A stretch of 64,000 bases of DNA from Vicugna vicugna (lineage: Eukaryota). This document shows positions 51,187 to 63,574 of the stretch, piece after piece. A program made the translations under genes and the position numbers. The notes beneath the pieces are model-generated. The model made no database searches. It saw nothing but the letters and a program-made list of their open reading frames with translations, and was not told the DNA's origin. The DNA lies in assembly GCA_013265495.1 (NCBI GenBank), contig MU058636.1, forward strand, positions 3,521,967-3,585,966, given 5' to 3'. Positions within the stretch are counted from its first letter, which is position 1. Each line of letters starts with the position of its first letter.

Positions 51187-52900
51187 GTTAGTTTTTCTGT
51201 TTTTTAAAATGGGTTCATTCTATTAAAAAATGATTCTGAGTAATAAAATTTGAAGAAAACTTGCTTCCACCCATAGCACAGCTCTCTCTCTGGTTTCTTC
51301 TGCCCTTGATGAAATTTCCCACCATATCTTGAAGTCTCTCCACCCTTAAGGTTAAAAGGAAAAATAAGCCCCAGGAAGTGCTGTTTGCTTGCTTCTTCAA
51401 ACTGGAAGAGTTAAAACAAAACGAAAACACGTTTTGATAGATTATTAGAGGATGTGTTCTTGAGTTCTTTAGTGGACGTGGGGACAAATGGGAGAAGTGT
51501 CACGTTCCCCTGCACTGCCCTCTGGATTCCTTGCTGAGAAAGAATGCCTCTCAGAATTCTTTGAAAAACTGTATGTTTTGTTCACTGCTATCTTAGGGAC
51601 TGGGGTTTTTGTTTGCTTGTTTTTAACATCATGGAAACTTGATTTTAGGCTCCCATAGTCTGGCAGCAGCAGTTCTCAGAGGTAACTTAAACTTGCCAGT
51701 TCCTTCCCTTCATTTCCTGAAAGACCCGTCACCACCAGAACCCTTCTACATGTGAGCTGTCTCAGCCATACTTTCTACTTCCCTGATGCCTCTGGATGAG
51801 GATTAGAGGGATCTTCATTGACCTACAGGCCCTGAGATTGGTACTGGGAGGAAGCAAGGAGAAGAAGGAAGCTGCAGATTTATTTTGCTCCCGCACGCCT
51901 ACCATATAAATAAAGAGAGGAGTTAGGATTTAGAAATGGAGTCAGAGTTCATCATACAGCACACCCTCCCTTTGTCCACGTATGAGAAAGCTGCTGGCTG
52001 GCCGGCAGTCAAAGACGACCAAACTCTTCCTGCTGGTCATTTATTCAAATTATTATAATAGAGATGAATCTCATCTTCTTTTCTTAAATTCACCTATTAG
52101 AAAATTTGGAGTCTCTTAATGTTATTAAATTAAAGTACAAGAGAAAAATATTGCTTTAGCCATTCAGTATCTAAGTTCAGATTATTTTTAGGTATTTTAG
52201 GGAACAATCGAGGAAAGTTAAGTCTGAGAGAATGCTGCAGGGAATCCAAGCTACAGAATCAGGAAACATTTTTTCTTTTTTTTACCAGTTAACTCGGAAG
52301 TACTAGAACAGAGTAAGAATTAGCATTTCACTCATACCTAGGACTTAGAGTAATTTTGTGTAAGTGAGTATGAGAACAAATGTCTGCTTCGAGGTCTTCT
52401 ATCATGGATTTCTGTAAATTACCTGATTTTTTTCCTCATTTGACAGATATGGAAACTGAAGCTTGAAAGGGGTTAAATTGATGCCCAAGGTGACACACTA
52501 GTAAGTGGCAAAATTCAGGCTTAGGTTTTCTGTTCTCTAAGACTTACCTGCTCACTGTGGTACACTGACTAGTCACCGCCTGGATTTTAAGTAATATAAA
52601 CAAGCCTGATGGTTAAAATCAGCTTAACTACAGCTTTTCCCAAGATCTCCATCTCAGTTATTTGACAGCTTTTCATTGAGCATATTTTATGTGCCAGGAC
52701 CTCAACAGAAATAATCTTTATCCTGGCCAAATTCCGACCAGTTGGTTAGGGAAATAACATACGAACATGATAGAGGGCCAGTGAGTTAGTAGTTATTTTG
52801 ATCTATTGGCTTTGAATACAAGGTGATTAGGTGCATTTTGGAGCTGTATGGAAAAAACCACAGGCTCAAGGGAGAGAAGCCGTCAACCACTTGGGTTTCC

Positions 52901-52931
52901 TTTTTTTTTTTTCTTTTTTTTTCTTTTTTTT
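52901..52931. repeat. Poly-T tract
   Basis: About 30 nt of T with two C interruptions. Confidence 0.85.
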
Positions 52932-53134
52932 AAATTTTTTAATTCTTAAGATAAAAGTAGTTACAGAGAAAAAGCTAAAATGAAGTGGCATTTCATTACA
53001 TTGTAATATATGATAGCTTAAAAGTTATTTCCAATTAATCTGATGGAAGAATATCCAATAAACTCATTCATTTTTGTGCTGCTATTTTTAGTGTCAGTTT
53101 AAGAGCTTTTACTTGACTTAGAAGGTATATTCTG

Positions 53135-53342
53135 GAGGCAGTTAAAAACATGGTCTTTGGAGTTGGACTCCCTGGATTCATATCTCAGGTCTGTCATTTA
53201 TCATCTGATGTACATGCTAGATCTCACTTACCTCATCTGTAAAATGGGGATAAGAGTAGTATCTGCCTCTTCCGTTTGTTTGAAGATGCGTGCTTAGCAC
53301 AGTGCCTTGTACCTAGTAAGTAATCAAAAATGTTAGATGTCA
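53135..53342 (+). mobile_element. MIR SINE
   Basis: gcagttaaaaacatggtctttggagttggac...cctcatctgtaaaatggggataagagtagta...tgcttagcacagtgcct. Confidence 0.8.
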
Positions 53343-53663
53343 AAAAAAACAAACAAACAAACAAAAAAATGTTAGATGTCATGTGGAGCATGAACACTTA
53401 TTTGCTAAGACAAAGTCCCTTTTATTAACTAAAAAATGGGAGCCTTTGCTTAACATTTATCTTTGAGAACTAAGAATTTAGCAGAAATAGTGCATTTGTT
53501 GATACCTTATGTGGCTTTGTTTTTAAAATGTTCTTCTGGGAGAACTGATCTATTTTTAACAGCTTGTGCTTATCTCACTTATGATTTATCAATATTATTG
53601 TTTAGGAAAGAGGCTAGTGTTTCTCTCTTGGGTAATTAATAATTGTTCTTTTAAAGATATTAA

Positions 53664-53792
53664 TAGTAACCTATAATGAAAAAGAATATGAAAATGAATC
53701 TATGTATATATGTGTATATATATATGTATGACTGAAACATTATGCTGTACACCAGAAACTGACACATTGTAACTGACTACTTCAATTAAAAA
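53664..53792 (+). mobile_element. Short L1 3' end (camelid-type)
   Basis: gtaacctataatgaaaaagaatatgaaaa...tgtatgactgaaacattatgctgtacaccagaaactgacacattgtaactgact; approximate TSD aaagatattaa/aaagataataa. Confidence 0.8.
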
Positions 53793-54079
53793 AAAGATAA
53801 TAAAGCAGATCTGGTTGGGGTACAGTGTACATATTTAAAGATCATCTTTTTAGATGCCTATTGCTACCGAGTATTCAGGCTAAAGTGCAAATTTAGAATT
53901 GGTGAAAACAAAATTCCTTCACAACCAGTGTTCTAATATTTTAAGGATCAAAATTAAGTTGTTCATCGTCCTGAATATATGTTTTTTAAATTCCCCTTTT
54001 CATTTGTGATTGTTGATAATGAATAGCCAAACTGAATTTTTTAAGGGGTGAGCTTTTAATAGATTTGAAAACCTTAGAA

Positions 54080-54290
54080 CAGTGGTTCTCAACCAGGGGC
54101 TATTTTTTGCCCCACAGGGCATTTGGCAGTGACTGGAGATAACTGGTTGCTACAACTGAAGGCTGTTCCTGGCATGTAGTGTGTAGAGGCCAGGCATGAG
54201 GCTGAAGATCCCACAATGCACAGAACGATGGCCCACAACAAAGAATTACCCAGTGCAGAGTAGCAATGGTATTGCTCTTGAGAAACCTTG
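54080..54290 (+). mobile_element. MER20 hAT transposon (USPL1 intron 6)
   Basis: cagtggttctcaaccaggggc...cccacaacaaagaattaccc...ttgagaaaccttg. Confidence 0.88.
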
Positions 54291-54512
54291 CCTTTATCAT
54301 TTTCTTCATCTCATTGCTGAAAAATTACAGGTAATTAAATATGGAGAGAGTTTTACTAGGGTTAAGGAGGAACACATTTGTATGTTGATTAGGGGATTAG
54401 GAAAGTATGAATAAACGAATACAGGAAAGTACCTTTTATTTTAGACATTGATTTAAGTTAACAAATGAATATAACTTAATTGAAATTATGTCTTTTTTTT
54501 TTTTTTAACTAG

Positions 54513-54638
54513 ATATATGAAGAATCTGGTCACCTTTACAAATGTCATCCCTGATTGGCACCCACTTAATGCTGCCCATTTTGGTCCATGTAACAATTGC
54601 AACAATAAGTCGCAAATAAGAAAAATGGTATTAGAAAA
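54513..54638 (+). CDS. USPL1: USPL1 exon 7 (CNNC, zinc-site half)
   Basis: Poly-T tract with TAG acceptor; 126 nt, YMKNLVTFTNVIPDWHPLNAAHFGPCNNCNNKSQIRKMVLE; donor AAA|GTGAGT. Confidence 0.95.
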
Positions 54639-56640
54639 GTGAGTTTAACTTGCCTTAATATTTTTAGAACAAAATGAAGGTGGATTTACTTTTTTTTTTT
54701 CTAGTGTGTAGAATTAAAAGTGATGACTACAATCTGTTTTTCAGAAGTTTGTGTTAATATATGTTTATGAATTGCCAGAATGCTTCTCTGTACCAGGAAC
54801 TGTGGCCAATAAACAAGCTGTTCAGGTGACACTGCTGTGGAGCTAACTTAGAGTGATTGTCTGACTCCACTCTTCAGCATTGTTCCTTCTTTTGCCGTTT
54901 TTCTCTTTTTAGGGATATTAGAGTCCAATTTTTGTCTCCTCTGCCAAGTGCCTGGAGTCACTAGAATTCTAGGATTTCCTTAATCTATTTTCAAGAACTA
55001 AGATGATTCAAAGATGAGCTACAGGCTTATCTGTCTGAATTTCTGTCTTCTTCCAGATCTCGGCCTGCTAATTCTTCATCCTCTTGTAAGCTTTCTGCTG
55101 CCCTTGAGCAGATGTGTTTTTATTATATTTTGCCAGCTCTTCTACTTGTCCTCAGTCAATGGACTGGTCAGAACGATCTTTTCCAGTATTATCAGAAGCC
55201 CCATATCTTTAAAAACTCACAGGTCAATCCCATTTTAGGCAGTTTGTCTCTCTTGTTAATATACTCACACACCTTGTCTTTAATCTGTACTTTCAGTTGC
55301 CCTTATCTCAATTCATAAAGGAAATGTTTTGAAGTTTAATTTGATGTAATAATGAACCAATGACATTAACCTTTTCGGCTGCCCTTGCATGTGCCAAGAA
55401 ACCCTTCAGAACCTTTCCTAAAGGTTTGTTTTCATCCAAGTAATAAATTCTCAGTTAATCTAATAGTGCCAAAACTTAATGGAAAAAAAGAATACCCCTG
55501 TTCTTCAGCATCTATTGCCTGTCAGCATTGAGTCTTTTTGGGATTCTGTGGGGCATATAAGCTCTTCCCATCAGCATTGCATTCTGTTACGCTCATGTCG
55601 TCACTTCACTCGTTCTGCCAAGTTACTACTTTTCTGTTTGCTTTTTTGTCTTCTAAATACTTATCATCTTCTTGTTTTGCTCTTGTCTCCTTTCCCTTTC
55701 TTTGTCCTTTTGGTTTATTACCTTTTTTTGGTCCTTCACTATCATTTGATAGCAGTTAAGTGGAAAGGCAGAGTAGAAAAAAGAAGAGTGAGTAACTTTA
55801 ATCAAAAGTCCATAGTCTGTCTTGGCTGTCTGGGTCCAAGTTTGGAGATTTCAGTCTTGAGGAGATCCTTTTTCTATAAAGTGCTTTCCTTGGTGATAGA
55901 GGGGCAACAGGATGTGGGGGTCTGTCATCCTGCGCTGGACCGTGATCACTTGAGGCTTCTTAGTCTATGTAACTTAGTTTTACCTGCTTTTCTCAAGCCC
56001 AGGCATTGAAGGTAAACTCACTACTATCTTGTTTGATCTGTTAATTTGTTGCATTGCAACATATAATTTTTAATTATACAAATACATTGCTTTACTTAAA
56101 AATTCATACTGTGATCTGGAAATGTATCTAGTGTTTCAACAGGAAATGTGTTTAGAGTTCTAATGAATGGGCCAATTTATAAGCAGAATTTATAATTTTG
56201 AATACAGAATTTACTGTATTCAAAAGTAAATTGAACTAGTGTGTAAAATTTCACTTAAATTTTAAATGGCAAGGTCTTTAGTCCTTTGTAATTTATTTAC
56301 TTTGAAATTTGTGTAAATTGATTGTTGATATCTAGTGGAATTTAGAAACAAATTTAATACAGCTTTTAGGATAACTTAAAAGTAATTCAGCCCATCATAA
56401 TATTGTACATAATTCAGTCTTACAGCATTCTAAAAACGAATCATGTTGAAAGTTCCCTGAATACCTTGTTTCAGGTAATCCATATCTCTCTATGTTCCCA
56501 TTATAGAAAAGCGGCCATTGATAAATCAGATGGATTGTATCTAGTGGGTCCAAATCTGCTACTTTTATTTAATGTTTAAAAATTATATCCAGAACATGAT
56601 GACATGGACTTAGAATGTGATTTAATTTTGCTTCATAAAC

Positions 56641-56772
56641 TTTTTTTTTTTTTGAGGGGGAGGTAATTAGGTTTACTTATTTATTTGGTTTTTCAGTGGT
56701 GATACTGGGCATTGAACCCAGGACCTCATGCATGCTAAGCATGCACTCTACCACTTGAGCTGTACCCTCCCC
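56641..56772 (-). mobile_element. Vic-1-like SINE
   Basis: gcattgaacccaggacctcatgcatgctaagcatgcactctaccacttgagctgtaccctcccc; TSD-like tttgcttcataaact / tctacttcacaaact. Confidence 0.87.
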
Positions 56773-57927
56773 TCTACTTCACAAACTCTTCAAATGAACC
56801 TTTCATTACTGCCACTGTCTCCTTTAGGTGTCTAGCCATACACTTTCCTCAGTTGTCTTTTGAAAAGCTTATTTACCTAAACTTCAGTTTTAACAGTTTG
56901 TTGTTTTTTTTTTTAAAAACAACTGCTTGTGAAGGATAAAGGAGTGACAGAATTGAAATAAGACATTTCCATTCTGTGCTCACAGAGCTTTCTTTAAGTC
57001 CCTAATACAATGATTTTGAGACTTTTTTAAACAATAAACTACACTCTCCCCTGCAAATTTTGGATGGAATACTGATATGTAAAATAGTTTAAATTGTGTT
57101 TCTTAATTTAAATCTTCGCTGTTTGGCAGGAAGTACGTTATTATTTGTGAGATCCTTGAATTACCTCCTGAGAATACAGTTTGTAAACTTTCGTGAAACA
57201 GCTGAATTTTTCTAAAGATGTATTTTCTTATTTACAGTTGACATGAACCAATTCTGATTATTTGAACTATACCTAGTTTTACTGGTATTTTTTATTTTCT
57301 GCCATATTCCAAAATAGTTCAATGATATAATAGATCTAAAATATGAGATTTAAAAATTACATTTGCAGATTTTTTCTGCCTAAAGCCTACATTATTAAGA
57401 GTTCAGAAGTACATAGATACACATTGTTAAATATACATTTTCTAAAATATGAATGAATATTACATTAGTTGAGATGAAAATCAAAAACTTGTACTCCAGG
57501 CCATTAGCACAAGATGGCTACTGTTTGTGGAACAGATTCAGTGTTCTGTGCTTGCTTTCTCTCTTTCCTGTTTTCTTGTCTTTTCCTGAGGGTAGATCCT
57601 CCTGTTAGGGAGGCGAATGCAAATGGATCTTAGCTTGAAATCTCTTGTGACTCTTGATTCCAGCTCTGTTAACCTGTTGCATTCAGTTTTTTATTGTTGA
57701 ATCAGAACCTAACTTGCTCTCTTCCGCTCTGAGCATCATCTTACACACTCAAGTGAGGAAGCCCAAGATCAAAAACCTGCCAGGGTGGTAAAATTCCTTC
57801 CTCACCTACAGGCTGGAAATGAGGCAAGTGGGAATTATGGGTAGGAAAATACTGTGATTTCTAGGGGTCTCTAGGGTCTACAAGACCTAGAGAGGAAAAT
57901 AAACTAGAAAAGGAGGAAGCATATGCT

Positions 57928-58372
57928 TCATTTTATTGACTCCAAGATGCCAACATATGTGAGTTGTACCATTTTAAAAATATGCCAAAGAAGTAAATGC
58001 TGCCTATTTAACATTTTCCATGTGAAAACTCATATAAAGAAGAGAGGAAACTAGTTAGATTGCATAGTCTAGGGATAAGAGAATGTTTTAGTGACTAGCC
58101 TAAGCAAATATCTTGAAGAGGTGTCATGTTAGGCCAAAAAAACTAAATATTAATACTTAAAGAGTCAAGCAGTTACCTAAAGCCTGCATATCCAGCTGTG
58201 AGGATGTAATCTCTAGTTTTACTGTGGATCGTTGATTCAAATGCTCTCTCACCTTTGACATAGTTGAAATGGGAGTACATCTAAAAATTAATGGCATGAG
58301 ATAGTTTAATTGGCAGTCTTCTTTCATAATGGTACATTTTATAATCAGTGTCATCTTAGATCAATGAAATAT
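57928..58372. mobile_element. Old Tigger-like DNA transposon remnant
   Basis: Inverted ends cattttattgactccaagatg / catcttagatcaatgaaatatg. Confidence 0.5.
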
Positions 58373-59420
58373 GTGTGACAAAAACAATGGAAGTTTAGTG
58401 TTATAGACAGTTTTGCAGGACTTTTTATTAATGAGTACTTAAATTTTAAAGACTCGATTTTTTTCTAACAGAAAGACTGACAAGGGACAATTTGTAAATT
58501 ATCTTTGTAATTTACAAAGATATAATTTGTAAATTATAGACTGAATAATCTGCATTTTGGACATTGATTCATGTTTATTTCAGTTGAATAAATTTTGATA
58601 AGCTAAGTAAGTTTTGACAACTATTTAAATCATGGGAAGAGAGATACTCAATATTTTCCCTAAATCTCGATAAGTTTGTTAAATTTAGTTATTTGAGTGA
58701 GGCTTATCTTTGGGTTCTTTTTTCTGGTTTGGCATGTTACTGTAATAATGAAATGTACTTTTGAAATTATTGATGTCTTGAAGTTTAGTAGACCAACCAG
58801 TGTGTTGTATTTTCTTCTCTACTTAGTTACAAATTAAACTTTTTGTAAGTAGAAATTTTAATTTGATAGATTGCTCTACTTTTTTTTTTTAATCTCTCTA
58901 CTTGTTGAGAAAACAGAGAAATAGGCCAAATTATTAGCATGTTGGGATTTTTTAAATGTTTATTTTAATACCTTAGGTTTTGGAGTTGTTTTTCCCATAC
59001 ATTACCTGTCCCATGTAACAAAAAGCAATTTTTAATTTGGGCACTTGGTGCCAAAGAAAATACTAAAAGGCATGGATTTTTTCCTTTGATTCTGCAAAGT
59101 AGTTACCAAGAAATCTTCTCTAAGCCAAAGCCGCATTGCGGCTTACAGAGCAATTTTTGTTTAATGGTCTGTGTTAGAACCTTATTGCATGATGGCTTCC
59201 AACTGTCAGTGATACATTTTGAGAAGGGTTTATTGTTACATACTTCTTAGAGTGAGTTCTCCATTTCTAATTAAGGCACACATCTGGAGGTTCTCAAGAA
59301 AAATTAATGCAGTTGGCCTTGAAAGTGTTATGTGTGACTGACTTGCTTCAGACCATCTTTTGTATCACCAGACGCATGGTGTTACATTTGTTCGACTTGT
59401 CTCGCCTTTCTCTCCCACAG

Positions 59421-59578
59421 AGTATCTCCCATATTCATGCTGCACTTTGTGGAAGGCTTACCGCATAGTGACCTGGAGCACTATTCATTTCACTCTGAAG
59501 GCTGTCTTTACCAAATAACTTCTGTAATTCAGTACCAAGCAAACAATCATTTTATAACATGGATTTTAGATGCTGATG
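59421..59578 (+). CDS. USPL1: USPL1 exon 8, includes catalytic His456
   Basis: Acceptor tctcccacag; 158 nt, VSPIFMLHFVEGLP...QANNHFITWILDAD; His codon 59548-59550; donor ATG|GTAAGT. Confidence 0.96.
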
Positions 59579-61414
59579 GTAAGTGTTTAAACATTTTTCT
59601 TAGAATAGGCTTGGAGACTAACTCTAGTTTGTTCTTTAAAGACAAACTCTGCCTTGACTCTCCTTGTCCTTGCCTAGAGCCATTTTGTCCCTGTCCTCCA
59701 CCCTGTCACTAGGGTTTGGAATCTCTCCTAACTTCTACCTTTGCTTATTTATATCAACATATTTATGGGTTTACACATGCCTGTGCATATTTCTTTTTAG
59801 ACAAAGAATGAGATCATATACTTCTGTTGGTTTACATTTTGCTTTTTTTCACTTAATATCTTTGCTTTTCTTTCTTTTTATTACATGAGTAATACATGTT
59901 CAGGGAAGAAAATGAACGGTGGGAATTTTGATTTTTTAGATTTATAACTTTATACTTCTGAAGAAGGTGCATTGACTAGAGGCTTTTGGTTGAGAACAAT
60001 AAGTTTTGCTTAGTTTGCAATTGTTAGTAATATAAATAAAAGTAAATAATATAAATAAAATTGTTAGTAATATAAATATTACAGACTCTGTTTAACCTTC
60101 TCTCACTGTGAAATAGAATATCTGAAATCCATAGTTAATAACTATAGTCAACGTAAAGCCTGTATTTAAATAATTAAACTTTTCAATAGAAGGTTAAATA
60201 GTACAGCTCATAAATTTTGCTGATTTTTTCCCTTCCGTATGTTTAATGTGGTTTACTATTGAGTTTGTTTCCCCTTATAATAATGTTCACTTTGTCTTAG
60301 ACAAGATAACTTAGTCTCCTTAAAGTTTTTTGTCAGGCTGTTGGTAAGAGTTCACTTGAATTTTTTCCCTAATTTCCTGTTTTCTTTTGTTTGGGATCAT
60401 TTAGATAGGTGACATGATAATGTGTTTATAAAAGCACTTTGCAAATTGAAACTCATGTATAAAATAGTTATAACCTACTTTAGAATCTGGAGGAAGGTGG
60501 TTCTCAACATAAAAAAACTAAAAAAAAAGTTTTGATTTTTTATTGCATTCTAGAGAATAAAAAATCCTCTTCAGGTAGAAGAGGTTAAATAGTTTCCAAC
60601 CCTGACAGCATATAAAAACTGTATGGTTAGCTTATAAAAAAAGAAAATCCTGGTTCTCCCATTCCAATGGATCAGTCTCTGAGGATTGGACCCAAATAAT
60701 CTGGTGATTCTAATATGCATGTGTGGTGAAGAACCACTGATGTAGGCAAACAGAAGATTCTCAAAGTTTTAATACATATAGGATAAGAAGTAGTGGGTTC
60801 AGATAGCTTGTAAGAGTGTCTCCACATAAACTTAGCAGATGGTTTTATTTCGGATTTTTTGGTGTGTAGAGGGGCCTCAACCTCTTCCTCTGTCATCCAT
60901 CATCTCATTCCCACCTGACAAATGAGAAAACAGGAGCTCAGAAATAAGAGCCGACACCTAAAAATCTAAACTTTTTTTTTTTAACCAAAAAGAGAAATAC
61001 AGAATTAAGTGTTGGTACTTGAGATAACAAGTTTCATTTATCTTGAAAATTCATATGTATGGAAATAATTTACATTCTGATATTGTTAGTTGTATTAAGT
61101 GATACTGTATTCTAAGTTTCAGAAGTAAAATACAATTTTCTGTCTTGTTTTGTGGGCATTTTAGAAAAGAGTAAACACTATCTCCGTTTTTCACTTATCT
61201 GGCTGTTAGTCCATAACCTGTGTTATCCAAGTAAAGGCGTGAACATTTGGCAGAGAAAGATGGTGATGTGAGGTTAAAGCCATGTTCTTGAGTGTCATCC
61301 TTTGGTGACTATCCAGTGATGCAGCAGTTAAAAAGGCCCAAAGAAAGTTGGCCTGGGAAGGCAGAGTTTTTTTTGAATGTCTAACCTCTTTCACTTTCAT
61401 TCCCCATCCCCTAG

Positions 61415-63291
61415 GAAGTTGGCTGGAATGTGATGACTTAAAAGGCCCATGTTCTGAAAAGCGAGAGAAATTTGAAGTTCCTTCTTCAGAGATACATATT
61501 GTTATCTGGGAAAGAAAGACATCCCAAATGACAGACAAAGCATCTGCCTGCTGTCTCCTTAAAAAGACTAATGAGCAACATGATTTCGGTGATGAGAAAC
61601 AAGTTTCGCCAGCATTGTGTTCTGTGGGTGATGCTGCCTCAGCCCAAACGTCCACAGGAAATCACCCTACAGACGTGTCAGTTGGTCCTAATACTCTTTC
61701 ACAAGATGAAGCTGTAGCCCTTGGACATCATTTACTTTCAGATCCGAAAGATTTGGTTGACAATATTTTACCTTTGACCTTTGAAGAAATACAGGTTAAC
61801 TCTGAAGGTTTTTTATTAGAACATAAACCTGTGGCAGAAAATACAGGAGTTGTCAAAACAAATACTTTGCAATTGCGAGAGTCAGTAATGGCTTCTTTAG
61901 TATCAGCTCCATGCAAGGACAAGCTTGCGCAAGACCATTTTGTGGATTTAAACTTTTCATCTCCTCTTGTAAATACAAACATGACATCACTACAGCTGAA
62001 TACAGAAGATGCTGTAGTTAGTAAATCTGTGAATGGTATTCATGCTACTGACCCTGTACAGGGAGTAAAGTCAGCAGAAACAGAACGTACAGTTGCCCTA
62101 GAGAAGGATTCTCCACCAAAACAATTTCTTTCACCAAAAACTGAGAAGTTAAAACCAGAACAACGTGTTATATCTCAGGTGTCCAATTTGAAGGAAAAGG
62201 AAACTGCAGCATTGTCCAAGTCATTACAAAATCCATCTCTGAAAGAAAATCAGAAGAAGCCATTTGTGGGAAGTTGGGTTAAAGGCTTATTAAGCAAGGG
62301 TGCTTCTTTTATGCCACCTTGTGTTTCAGCTCATAATAGAAACGCTATAACTGATCTGCAGCCTTCAGTTAAGGGGGCAAGTAATTTTGGTGGCTTTAAA
62401 ACTAAAGGTACAAAACAGAAGGCCAGTCGGGCATCCAGGAAAGCTCACAGGTGTGCAAGTAAGTCTCCTCCAGTTAGTAACCCTTCACCAAGCCATTCAT
62501 CGTCAGTCAGCACCGCTTCTCTGCAAGCAAGTAGTAGTGGTGACTCGGAAGTTCCGAAGAAATGTGGAAACACCTCATATGGAGCTAACCTCAACCACAG
62601 TTCTCATGGGAATGAAAATGGTGTTTCTGCAGCAAACCATGGGGACCCAGTTGAGGGTCAGATTCATAAACTTCGTCTAAAACTTCTTAAAAAACTTAAG
62701 GCAAAAAAGAAGAAATTAACTGCTCTTATGTCTTTCCCCCAAAATGGAACACTTCCAAGTGAAAATTCAGAACATGTGTCCCATTGTGGGTCTCCCGATG
62801 ATTGTGAATCAATAGAAGACTTGTTAAAAGAACTACAATATCAAATTGATATTGCCGATAGCAAATCTGAATGCACCACAGTTTCTAGTGTTTCCCCATA
62901 CAAGAGTCAAACTCATGAAGAAATTTTAGCAGAACTACTGTCTCCAACTGTTGTTTCAACAGAGCTCTCAGAAAATGGGGAGACTGACTTTCGATATTTA
63001 GAAATGGGTGATAACCATATCCCAGCACCAGTTCCTAATGAATTAAACAATACTCCCCAAAACACACATCTGAGACAGGATCATAATTACTGCAGCCCCA
63101 CCAAGAAGCATCAGTGTGGAGTGCAGCCAGGCTCACTCACAAATAACGCCGACGTTAGAACGTTGAACTCGGAAAGTCCCATGAAGGCTGATATTTTTGA
63201 TGAGTTTTTTTCTACTTCAGCGTTGAATTCTTTAGCAAATGACTCATTAGACTTGCCTCATTTTGATGAGTATCTGTTTGACAGTTGCTGA
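61415..63291 (+). CDS. USPL1: USPL1 terminal exon 9 (Asp472 and long C-terminal region)
   Basis: Acceptor ccctag at 61414; 1877 nt open frame, SWLECDDLKGP...LPHFDEYLFDSC*; Asp codon 61432-61434. Confidence 0.97.
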
Positions 63292-63574
63292 ATGCTTAAT
63301 GACTCTTAGTTTAATATTTATTTATTACTCTTGGGAAGATGTACTGTTTCTAGATAGCGTTTACACACTGGCCTTGTCGTGAACAAAATGTAAGCTACTG
63401 TAGGTTTTACATTTGGTTATGCCCACAAAGCATGTGATCTGTTTTATAGATTTAAGTGATCAGGAATTCGTTCTCTTTGTTGGCTTCATTTTGTATTTGT
63501 AGGAGAATGCAGATATCAAAATGTTAAAAATGAAAAGTAGTGTATAGTTTCTGGCAGTTTGTACAACTAGGTAC

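Noticed and set aside
55479..56009. 176-aa ORF in intron 7
   Set aside because: Leu/Phe-rich translation of T-rich, repeat-like intronic DNA, with no domain or exon structure.
61348..61414. 5' extension of the 647-aa ORF
   Set aside because: It is the intron 8 pyrimidine tract; the real exon begins after the AG at 61414.
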